A DNA stretch of 64,000 nucleotides from Balanoglossus misakiensis. Taxonomy: Eukaryota; Animalia; Hemichordata. The notes beneath the pieces are model-generated. The model was not told the origin of the DNA. It saw only the letters and a list, made by a program, of their open reading frames with translations, and did not search any database. This document shows, piece by piece, positions 52,601-64,000 of the stretch. Positions within the stretch are counted from its first letter, which is position 1; every line of letters starts with the position of its first letter. A program made the position numbers and the translations under genes. The stretch spans positions 1,488,318 through 1,552,317 of the forward strand of contig CM082585.2 in NCBI GenBank assembly GCA_040954595.2, in the 5' to 3' direction.

Positions 52601-55600
52601 AATTACAAATTTTCGACTTTGCAAAATCTCAAAATTTCGTAAATTTTTGAAAAAAAGTCATGGGTGAAAATCATCAAAAAATTACAAATTTTCGTCTTTG
52701 CAAAATCTCAAAATTTCGTAAATTTTTGAAAAAAAGTCATGGGTGAAAATCATCAAAAAATTACAAATTTTCGTCTTTGCAAAATCTCAAAATTTCGTCG
52801 ATTTTTGAAAAAAAAAATCATGGGTAAAAATCATCAAAAAATTACAAATTTTCGACTTTGCAAAATCTAAAAATTTTGTCGATTTTTGAAAAAAATCATG
52901 GGTGAAAATCATCAAAAAATGACAAATTTTCGTCTTTGCAAAATCTCAAAATTTCGTCCATTTTTGAATAAAAATCATGGGTGAAAATCATCAAAAAATG
53001 ACACATTTTCGACTTTGCAAAATCTAAAAATTTCGTCGATTTTTGAAAAAAATCATGGTTGAAAATCATCAAAAAATGACAAAATTTTCGACTTTGTAAA
53101 ATCACAAAATTTCGTCGATTTTGAAAAAAATCATAGGTTCGTCGATTTCTAAAAAAAAACATGGGTGAAAATCATCAAAAAATTACAAATTTTCGACTTT
53201 GCAAAATCTCAAAATTTTGTCGATTTTTGAAAAAAAATCATGGGTTCGTTGATTTTTGAAAAAAAACATGGGTGAAAATCATCAAAAAATTACAAATTTT
53301 CGAATTTGCAAAATCACAAAATTTCGTCGATTTTTGAAAAAAAAACATGGGTGAAAATCATCAAAAAATTACAAATTTTCGACTTTGCAAAATCTCAAAA
53401 TTTCGTAAATTTTTGAAAAAAAGTCATGGGTGAAAATCATCAAAAAATTACAAATTTTCGTCTTTGCAAAATCTCAAAATTTCGTCGATTTTTGAAAAAA
53501 ATCATGGGTGAAAATCATCAAAAAATGACAAATTTTCGTCTTTGCAAAATCTCAAAATTTCGTCCATTTTTGAATAAAAATCATGGGTGAAAATCATCAA
53601 AAAATGACACATTTTCGACTTTGCAAAATCTAAAAATTTCGTCGATTTTTGAAAAAAATCATGGTTGAAAATCATCAAAAAATGACAAAATTTTCGACTT
53701 TGTAAAATCACAAAATTTCGTCGATTTTGAAAAAAATCATAGGTTCGTCGATTTCTAAAAAAAAACATGGGTGAAAATCATCAAAAAATGACAAATTTTC
53801 GACTTTGCAAAATCTCAAAATTTCGTCGATTTTTGAAAAAAATCATGGGTGAAAATCATCAAAAAATGACAAATTTTCGACTTCGCAAAATCTCAAAATT
53901 TCGTCAATTTTTGAAAAAATCAGGGGTAAAAATCATCAAAAAATGACAAATTTTCGTCTTTGCTAAATCTCAAAATTTCGTCGGTTTTTGAAAAATAATA
54001 TGGGTGAAAATCATCAAAAAATGACAAATTTTCGACTTTGCAAAATCTCAAAATTTCGTCCATTTTTGAAAAAAAATCATGGGTAAAAATCATCAAAAAA
54101 TGACAAATTTTCGTCTTTGCAAAATCTCAAAATTTCTTCCATTTAAAAAAAAAAGCATGGGGGAAAATCATCAAAAAATGACAAATTTTCGTCTTTGCAA
54201 AATCTCAAAATTTCGTCCATTTAAAAAAAAAAACATGGGTGAAAATCATCAAAAAATGACAAATTTTTGACTTTTCAAAATCTCACAATTTCGTCGATTT
54301 TTGAAAAAAATCATGGGTGAAAATCATCAAAAAATGACAAATTATCGACTTTGCAAAATCTCAAAATTTCGTCGATTTTGAAAAAAACCATTGGGGGAAA
54401 ATCATCAAAAAATGACAAATTATCGACTTTGCAAAATCTCAAAATTTCGTCCATTTTAAAAAAAAAACATGGGGGAAAATCATCAAAAAATGACAAATTT
54501 TCGACTTTGCAAAATCTCAAAATTTCGTCGATTTTGAAAAAAAACATTGGGGGAAAATCATCAAAAAATGACAAATTATCGACTTTGCACAATCTCACAA
54601 TTTCGTCGATTTTTGAAAAAAATCATGGGTGAAAATCATCAAAAAATTACAAATTTTCGACTTTGCAAAATCTCAACATTTCGTCGATTTTTGAAAAAAA
54701 TCATGGGTGAAAATCATCAAAAAATGACAAATTTTCGACTTTGCAAAATCTCACAATTTCGTCGATTTTTGAAAAAAATCATGGGTGAAAATCATCAAAA
54801 AATGACAAATTTTCGACTTTGCAAAATCTCAACATTTCGTCGATTTTTGAAAAAAATCATGGGTGAAAATCATCAAAAAATTACAAATTTTTGACTTTGC
54901 AAAATCTCAAAATTTCGTCGATTTTTGAAAAAAAATCATGGGTGAAAATCATCAAAAAATTACAAATTTTCGACTTTGCAAAATCTCAAAATTTTGTCGA
55001 TTTTTGAAAAAAAATCATGGGTTCGTTGATTTTTGAAAAAAAACATGGGTGAAAATCATCAAAAAATTACAAATTTTCGAATTTGCAAAATCACAAAATT
55101 TCGTCGATTTTTGAAAAAAAAAAACATGGGTGAAAATCATCAAAAAATTACAAATTTTCGACTTTGCAAAATCTCAAAATTTCGTAAATTTTTGAAAAAA
55201 AGTCATGGGTGAAAATCATCAAAAAATTACAAATTTTCGACTTTGCAAAATCTCAAAATTTTGTCGATTTTTGAAAAAAAATCATGGGTTCGTTGATTTT
55301 TGAAAAAAAACATGGGTGAAAATCATCAAAAAATTACAAATTTTCGAATTTGCAAAATCACAAAATTTCGTCGATTTTTGAAAAAAAAACATGGGTGAAA
55401 ATCATCAAAAAATTACAAATTTTCGACTTTGCAAAATCTCAAAATTTCGTAAATTTTTGAAAAAAAGTCATGGGTGAAAATCATCAAAAAATTACAAATT
55501 TTCGTCTTTGCAAAATCTCAAAATTTCGTCGATTTTTGAAAAAAATCATGGGTGAAAATCATCAAAAAATGACAAATTTTCGTCTTTGCAAAATCTCAAA

Positions 55601-58600
55601 ATTTCGTCCATTTTTGAATAAAAATCATGGGTGAAAATCATCAAAAAATGACACATTTTCGACTTTGCAAAATCTAAAAATTTCGTCGATTTTTGAAAAA
55701 AATCATGGTTGAAAATCATCAAAAAATGACAAAATTTTCGACTTTGTAAAATCACAAAATTTCGTCGATTTTGAAAAAAATCATAGGTTCGTCGATTTCT
55801 AAAAAAAAACATGGGTGAAAATCATCAAAAAATGACAAATTTTCGACTTTGCAAAATCTCAAAATTTCGTCGATTTTTGAAAAAAATCATGGGTGAAAAT
55901 CATCAAAAAATGACAAATTTTCGACTTCGCAAAATCTCAAAATTTCGTCAATTTTTGAAAAAATCAGGGGTAAAAATCATCAAAAAATGACAAATTTTCG
56001 TCTTTGCTAAATCTCAAAATTTCGTCGGTTTTTGAAAAATAATATGGGTGAAAATCATCAAAAAATGACAAATTTTCGACTTTGCAAAATCTCAAAATTT
56101 CGTCCATTTTTGAAAAAAAATCATGGGTAAAAATCATCAAAAAATGACAAATTTTCGTCTTTGCAAAATCTCAAAATTTCTTCCATTTAAAAAAAAAAGC
56201 ATGGGGGAAAATCATCAAAAAATGACAAATTTTCGTCTTTGCAAAATCTCAAAATTTCGTCCATTTAAAAAAAAAAACATGGGTGAAAATCATCAAAAAA
56301 TGACAAATTTTTGACTTTTCAAAATCTCACAATTTCGTCGATTTTTGAAAAAAATCATGGGTGAAAATCATCAAAAAATGACAAATTATCGACTTTGCAC
56401 AATCTCAAAATTTCGTCGATTTTGAAAAAAACCATTGGGGGAAAATCATCAAAAAATGACAAATTATCGACTTTGCAAAATCTCAAAATTTCGTCCATTT
56501 TAAAAAAAAAACATGGGGGAAAATCATCAAAAAATGACAAATTTTCGACTTTGCAAAATCTCAAAATTTCGTCGATTTTGAAAAAAAACATTGGGGGAAA
56601 ATCATCAAAAAATGACAAATTATCGACTTTGCACAATCTCACAATTTCGTCGATTTTTGAAAAAAATCATGGCTGAAAATCATCAAAAAATTACAAATTT
56701 TCGACTTTGCAAAATCTCAACATTTCGTCGATTTTTGAAAAAAATCATGGGTGAAAATCATCAAAAAATGACAAATTTTCGACTTTGCAAAATCTCACAA
56801 TTTCGTCGATTTTTGAAAAAAATCATGGGTGAAAATCATCAAAAAATGACAAATTTTCGACTTTGCAAAATCTCAACATTTCGTCGATTTTTGAAAAAAA
56901 TCATGGGTGAAAATCATCAAAAAATTACAAATTTTTGACTTTGCAAAATCTCAAAATTTCGTCGATTTTTGAAAAAAAATCATGGGTGAAAATCATCAAA
57001 AAATTACAAATTTTCGACTTTGCAAAATCTCAAAATTTTGTCGATTTTTGAAAAAAAATCATGGGTTCGTTGATTTTTGAAAAAAAACATGGGTGAAAAT
57101 CATCAAAAAATTACAAATTTTCGAATTTGCAAAATCACAAAATTTCGTCGATTTTTGAAAAAAAAAAACATGGGTGAAAATCATCAAAAAATTACAAATT
57201 TTCGACTTTGCAAAATCTCAAAATTTCGTAAATTTTTGAAAAAAAGTCATGGGTGAAAATCATCAAAAAATTACAAATTTTCGTCTTTGCAAAATCTCAA
57301 AATTTCGTCGATTTTTGAAAAAAAAAAATCATGGGTAAAAATCATCAAAAAATTACAAATTTTCGACTTTGCAAAATCTAAAAATTTTGTCGATTTTTGA
57401 AAAAAATCATGGGTGAAAATCATCAAAAAATGACAAATTTTCGTCTTTGCAAAATCTCAAAATTTCGTCCATTTTTGAATAAAAATCATGGGTGAAAATC
57501 ATCAAAAAATGACACATTTTCGACTTTGCAAAATCTAAAAATTTCGTCGATTTTTGAAAAAAATCATGGTTGAAAATCATCAAAAAATGACAAAATTTTC
57601 GACTTTGTAAAATCACAAAATTTCGTCGATTTTGAAAAAAATCATAGGTTCGTCGATTTCTAAAAAAAAACATGGGTGAAAATCATCAAAAAATGACAAA
57701 TTTTCGACTTTGCAAAATCTCAAAATTTCGTCGATTTTTGAAAAAAATCATGGGTGAAAATCATCAAAAAATGACAAATTTTCGACTTCGCAAAATCTCA
57801 AAATTTCGTCAATTTTTGAAAAAATCAGGGGTAAAAATCATCAAAAAATGACAAATTTTCGTCTTTGCTAAATCTCAATATTTCGTCGGTTTTTGAAAAA
57901 TAATATGGGTGAAAATCATCAAAAAATGACAAATTTTCGACTTTGCAAAATCTCACAATTTCGTCGATTTTTGAAAAAAATCATGGGTGAAAATCATCAA
58001 AAAATGACAAATTATCGACTTTGCAAAATCTCAAAATTTCGTCGATTTTGAAAAAAACCATTGGGGGAAAATCATCAAAAAATGACAAATTATCGACTTT
58101 GCAAAATCTCAAAATTTCGTCCATTTTAAAAAAAAAACATGGGGGAAAATCATCAAAAAATGACAAATTTTCGACTTTGCAAAATCTCAAAATTTCGTCG
58201 ATTTTGAAAAAAAACATTGGGGGAAAATCATCAAAAAATGACAAATTATCGACTTTGCACAATCTCACAATTTCGTCGATTTTTGAAAAAAATCATGGGT
58301 GAAAATCATCAAAAAATTACAAATTTTCGACTTTGCAAAATCTCAACATTTCGTCGATTTTTGAAAAAAATCATGGGTGAAAATCATCAAAAAATGACAA
58401 ATTTTCGACTTTGCAAAATCTCACAATTTCGTCGATTTTTGAAAAAAATCATGGGTGAAAATCATCAAAAAATTACAAATTTTCGACTTTGCAAAATCTC
58501 AACATTTCGTCGATTTTTGAAAAAAATCATGGGTGAAAATCATCAAAAAATGACAAATTTTCGACTTTGCAAAATCTCAAAATTTCGTCAATTTTTGAAA

Positions 58601-61600
58601 AAATCATGGGTGAAAATCATCAAAAAATGACAAATTTTCGTCTTTGCAAAATCTCAAAATTTCGTCGGTTTTTGAAAAATAATATGGTTGAAAATCATCA
58701 AAAAATGACAAAATTATCGACTTTGCAAAATCTCACAATTTCGTCGATTTTTGAAAAAAAATCATGGGTGAAAATCATCAAAAAATTACAAATTTTCGAC
58801 TTTGCAAAATCTCAACATTTCGTCGATTTTTGAAAAAAATCATGGGTGAAAATCATCAAAAAATGACAAATTTTCGACTTTGCAAAATCTCAAAATTTCG
58901 TCCATTTTAAAAAAAAAACATGGGGGAAAATCATCAAAAAATGAGAATATTTTCGACTTTGCAAAATCTCAAAATTTCGTCGATTTTGAAAAAAATCATT
59001 GGTTCGTCGATTTAAAAAAAAAACATGGGTGAAAATCATCAAAAAATGACAAATTTTCGACTTTGCAAAATCTCAACATTTCGTCGATTTTTGAAAAAAA
59101 TCATGGGTGAAAATCATCAAAAAATGACAAATTTTCGTCTTTGCAAAATCTCAAAATTTCGTCCATTTAAAAAAAAAAACATGGGTGAAAATCATCAAAA
59201 AATGACAAATTTTTGACTTTTCAAAATCTCACAATTTCGTCGATTTTTTAAAAAAATCATGGGTGAAAATCATCAAAAAATGACAAATTATCGACTTTGC
59301 ACAATCTCAAAATTTCGTCGATTTTGAAAAAAACCATTGGGGGAAAATCATCAAAAAATGACAAATTATCGACTTTGCAAAATCTCAAAATTTCGTCCAT
59401 TTTAAAAAAAAAACATGGGGGAAAATCATCAAAAAATGACAAATTTTCGACTTTGCAAAATCTCAAAATTTCGTCGATTTTGAAAAAAAACATTGGGGGA
59501 AAATCATCAAAAAATGACAAATTATCGACTTTGCACAATCTCACAATTTCGTCGATTTTTGAAAAAAATCATGGCTGAAAATCATCAAAAAATTACAAAT
59601 TTTCGACTTTGCAAAATCTCAACATTTCGTCGATTTTTGAAAAAAATCATGGGTGAAAATCATCAAAAAATGACAAATTTTCGACTTTGCAAAATCTCAC
59701 AATTTCGTCGATTTTTGAAAAAAATCATGGGTGAAAATCATCAAAAAATGACAAATTTTCGACTTTGCAAAATCTCAACATTTCGTCGATTTTTGAAAAA
59801 AATCATGGGTGAAAATCATCAAAAAATTACAAATTTTTGACTTTGCAAAATCTCAAAATTTCGTCGATTTTTGAAAAAAAATCATGGGTGAAAATCATCA
59901 AAAAATTACAAATGTTCGACTTTGCAAAATCTCAAAATTTTGTCGATTTTTGAAAAAAAATCATGGGTTCGTTGATTTTTGAAAAAAAACATGGGTGAAA
60001 ATCATCAAAAAATTACAAATTTTCGAATTTGCAAAATCACAAAATTTCGTCGATTTTTGAAAAAAAAAAACATGGGTGAAAATCATCAAAAAATTACAAA
60101 TTTTCGACTTTGCAAAATCTCAAAATTTCGTAAATTTTTGAAAAAAAGTCATGGGTGAAAATCATCAAAAAATTACAAATTTTCGTCTTTGCAAAATCTC
60201 AAAATTTCGTCGATTTTTGAAAAAAAAAAATCATGGGTAAAAATCATCAAAAAATTACAAATTTTCGACTTTGCAAAATCTAAAAATTTTGTCGATTTTT
60301 GAAAAAAATCATGGGTGAAAATCATCAAAAAATGACAAATTTTCGTCTTTGCAAAATCTCAAAATTTCGTCCATTTTTGAATAAAAATCATGGGTGAAAA
60401 TCATCAAAAAATGACACATTTTCGACTTTGCAAAATCTAAAAATTTCGTCGATTTTTGAAAAAAATCATGGTTGAAAATCATCAAAAAATGACAAAATTT
60501 TCGACTTTGTAAAATCACAAAATTTCGTCGATTTTGAAAAAAATCATAGGTTCGTCGATTTCTAAAAAAAAACATGGGTGAAAATCATCAAAAAATGACA
60601 AATTTTCGACTTTGCAAAATCTCAAAATTTCGTCGATTTTTGAAAAAAATCATGGGTGAAAATCATCAAAAAATGACAAATTTTCGACTTCGCAAAATCT
60701 CAAAATTTCGTCAATTTTTGAAAAAATCAGGGGTAAAAATCATCAAAAAATGACAAATTTTCGTCTTTGCTAAATCTCAATATTTCGTCGGTTTTTGAAA
60801 AATAATATGGGTGAAAATCATCAAAAAATGACAAATTTTCGACTTTGCAAAATCTCACAATTTCGTCGATTTTTGAAAAAAATCATGGGTGAAAATCATC
60901 AAAAAATGACAAATTATCGACTTTGCAAAATCTCAAAATTTCGTCGATTTTGAAAAAAACCATTGGGGGAAAATCATCAAAAAATGACAAATTATCGACT
61001 TTGCAAAATCTCAAAATTTCGTCCATTTTAAAAAAAAAACATGGGGGAAAATCATCAAAAAATGACAAATTTTCGACTTTGCAAAATCTCAAAATTTCGT
61101 CGATTTTGAAAAAAAACATTGGGGGAAAATCATCAAAAAATGACAAATTATCGACTTTGCACAATCTCACAATTTCGTCGATTTTTGAAAAAAATCATGG
61201 GTGAAAATCATCAAAAAATTACAAATTTTCGACTTTGCAAAATCTCAACATTTCGTCGATTTTTGAAAAAAATCATGGGTGAAAATCATCAAAAAATGAC
61301 AAATTTTCGACTTTGCAAAATCTCACAATTTCGTCGATTTTTGAAAAAAATCATGGGTGAAAATCATCAAAAAATTACAAATTTTCGACTTTGCAAAATC
61401 TCAACATTTCGTCGATTTTTGAAAAAAATCATGGGTGAAAATCATCAAAAAATGACAAATTTTCGACTTTGCAAAATCTCAAAATTTCGTCAATTTTTGA
61501 AAAAATCATGGGTGAAAATCATCAAAAAATGACAAATTTTCGTCTTTGCAAAATCTCAAAATTTCGTCGGTTTTTGAAAAATAATATGGTTGAAAATCAT

Positions 61601-64000
61601 CAAAAAATGACAAAATTATCGACTTTGCAAAATCTCACAATTTCGTCGATTTTTGAAAAAAAATCATGGGTGAAAATCATCAAAAAATTACAAATTTTCG
61701 ACTTTGCAAAATCTCAACATTTCGTCGATTTTTGAAAAAAATCATGGGTGAAAATCATCAAAAAATGACAAATTTTCGACTTTGCAAAATCTCAAAATTT
61801 CGTCCATTTTAAAAAAAAAACATGGGGGAAAATCATCAAAAAATGAGAATATTTTCGACTTTGCAAAATCTCAAAATTTCGTCGATTTTGAAAAAAATCA
61901 TTGGTTCGTCGATTTAAAAAAAAAACATGGGTGAAAATCATCAAAAAATGACAAATTTTCGACTTTGCAAAATCTCACAATTTCGTCGATTTTTGAAAAA
62001 AATCATGGGAGAAAATCATCAAAAAATGACAAATTTTCGACTTTGCAAAATCTCAACATTTCGTCGATTTTTGAAAAAAATCATGGGTGAAAATCATCAA
62101 AAAATGACAAATTTTCGACTTTGCAAAATCTCAAAATTTCGTCGATTTTTGAAAAAAAATCATGGGTGTAAATCATCAAAAAATGACAAATTTTCGTCTT
62201 TGCAAAATCTCAAAATTTCGTCCATTTTTGAATAAAAATCATGGGTGAAAATCATCAAAAAATGACACATTTTCGACTTTGCAAAATCTAAAAATTTCGT
62301 CGATTTTTGAAAAAAATCATGGTTGAAAATCATCAAAAAATGACAAAATTTTCGACTTTGTAAAATCACAAAATTTCGTCGATTTTGAAAAAAATCATAG
62401 GTTCGTCGATTTCTAAAAAAAAACATTGGTGAAAATCATCAAAAAATGACAAATTTTCGACTTTGCAAAATCTCAAAATTTCGTCGATTTTTGAAAAAAA
62501 TCATGGGTGAAAATCATCAACAAATGACAAATTTTCGACTTCGCAAAATCTCAAAATTTCGTCAATTTTTGAAAAAATCAGGGGTAAAAATCATCAAAAA
62601 ATGACAAATTTTCGTCTTTGCTAAATCTCAAAATTTCGTCGGTTTTTGAAAAATAATATGGGTGAAAATCATCAAAAAATGACAAATTTTCGACTTTGCA
62701 AAATCTCAACATTTCGTCGATTTTTGAAAAAAATCATGGGTGAAAATCATCAAAAAATGACAAATTTTCGACTTTGCAAAATCTCAAAATTTCGTCCATT
62801 TTAAAAAAAAAACATGGGGGAAAATCATCAAAAAATGAGAAAATTTTCGACTTTGCAAAATCTCAAAATTTCGTCGATTTTGAAAAAAATCATAGGTTCG
62901 TCGATTTAAAAAAAAAAACATGGGTGAAAATCATCAAAAAATGACAAATTTTCGACTTTGCAAAATCTCACAATTTCGTCGATTTTTGAAAAAAATCATG
63001 GGAGAAAATCATCAAAAAATGACAAATTTTCGACTTTGCAAAATCTCAACATTTCGTCGATTTTTGAAAAAAATCATGGGTGAAAATCATCAAAAAATGA
63101 CAAATTTTCGACTTTGCAAAATCTCACAATTTCGTCGATTTTTGAAAAAAATCATGGGTGAAAATCATCAAAAAATTACAAATTTTCGACTTTGCAAAAT
63201 CTCAACATTTCGTCAATTTTTGAAAAAATCATGGGTGAAAATCATCAAAAAATGACAAATTTTCGTCTTTGCAAAATCTCAAAATTTCGTCGGTTTTTGA
63301 AAAATAATATGGTTGAAAATCATCAAAAAATGACAAAATTATCGACTTTGCAAAATCTCACAATTTCGTCGATTTTTGAAAAAAAATCATGGGTGAAAAT
63401 CATCAAAAAATGACAAATTTTCGACTTTGCAAAATCTCAAAATTTCGTCCATTTTAAAAAAAAAACATGGGGGAAAATCATCAAAAAATGAGAAAATTTT
63501 CGACTTTGCAAAATCTCAAAATTTCGTCGATTTTGAAAAAAATCATAGGTTCGTCGATTTAAAAAAAAAACATGGGTGAAAATCATCAAAAAATGACAAA
63601 TTTTCGACTTTGCAAAATCTCACAATTTCGTCGATTTTTGAAAAAAATCATGGGAGAAAATCATCAAAAAATGACAAATTTTCGACTTCGCAAAATCTCA
63701 AAATTTCGTCAATTTTTGAAAAAATCAGGGGTAAAAATCATCAAAAAATGACAAATTTTCGTCTTTGCTAAATCTCAAAATTTCGTCGGTTTTTGAAAAA
63801 TAATATGGGTGAAAATCATCAAACAATGACAAATGTTCGACTTTGCAAAATCTCAACATTTCGTCGATTTTTGAAAAAAATCATGGGTGAAAATCATCAA
63901 AAAATGACAAATTTTCGACTTTGCAAAATCTCAAAATTTCGTCGATTTTGAAAAAAATCATAGGTTCGTCGATTTAAAAAAAAAAACATGGGTGAAAATC
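19671..64000 (+). repeat. 78-bp satellite main array (>44 kb, runs off the window)
   Basis: Consensus catgggtgaaaatcatcaaaaaatgacaaattttcgactttgcaaaatctcaaaatttcgtcgatttttgaaaaaaat (78 bp), interspersed with ~28-30-bp catgggttcgttgatttttgaaaaaaaa units. Confidence 0.98.

Noticed and set aside
13066-63413. More than 100 short ORFs (MGENHQKMTNFRLCKISKFRRFLKKI repeats and other frames)
   Set aside because: They are artefacts of a 78-bp monomer divisible by 3. Frames are broken constantly by A-run length changes and there is no coding signature.
19671-64000. CRISPR-like array
   Set aside because: Units are contiguous tandem repeats without unique spacers, there are no cas genes, and the context is eukaryotic.
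19671-64000. CENP-B box in the monomer (TTCG...)
   Set aside because: TTCG is present, but the required A and CGGG at the canonical spacing are not.

Overview
Eukaryotic window, most likely from an invertebrate animal (spliceosomal introns, animal-type transposons, AT-rich). It spans the transition from a transposon-rich flank (1-13.1 kb) into a very large 78-bp satellite array (about 13.1-64 kb). No conventional host gene could be identified. The flank contains four things. (1) A minus-strand, intron-containing gene for a divergent RAG1/Transib-fold DDE transposase (about 875 aa after repairing two 1-bp frameshifts), whose apparent CACTACAG terminus at 4430 cuts into a retrotransposon. (2) That retrotransposon, a decayed Gmr1-type Gypsy element with integrase upstream of RT. 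(3) A TAG..CTA element with a 9-bp TSD (AcademH-like) carrying a nested Kolobok-type TTAA MITE. (4) Several small MITEs and palindromes. The satellite is interrupted by a 3.1-kb Academ-type element with long repeat-built TIRs, a 3-bp TSD and a Cys-rich C-terminal remnant. It switches strand at a spacer-less palindromic junction (19670/19671) and is organised into local higher-order repeats with periods of about 0.6-4.3 kb. Nearly all ORFs beyond 13 kb are artefacts of the 78-bp (26-codon) monomer. All family assignments come from by-eye motif recognition; no database search was run.
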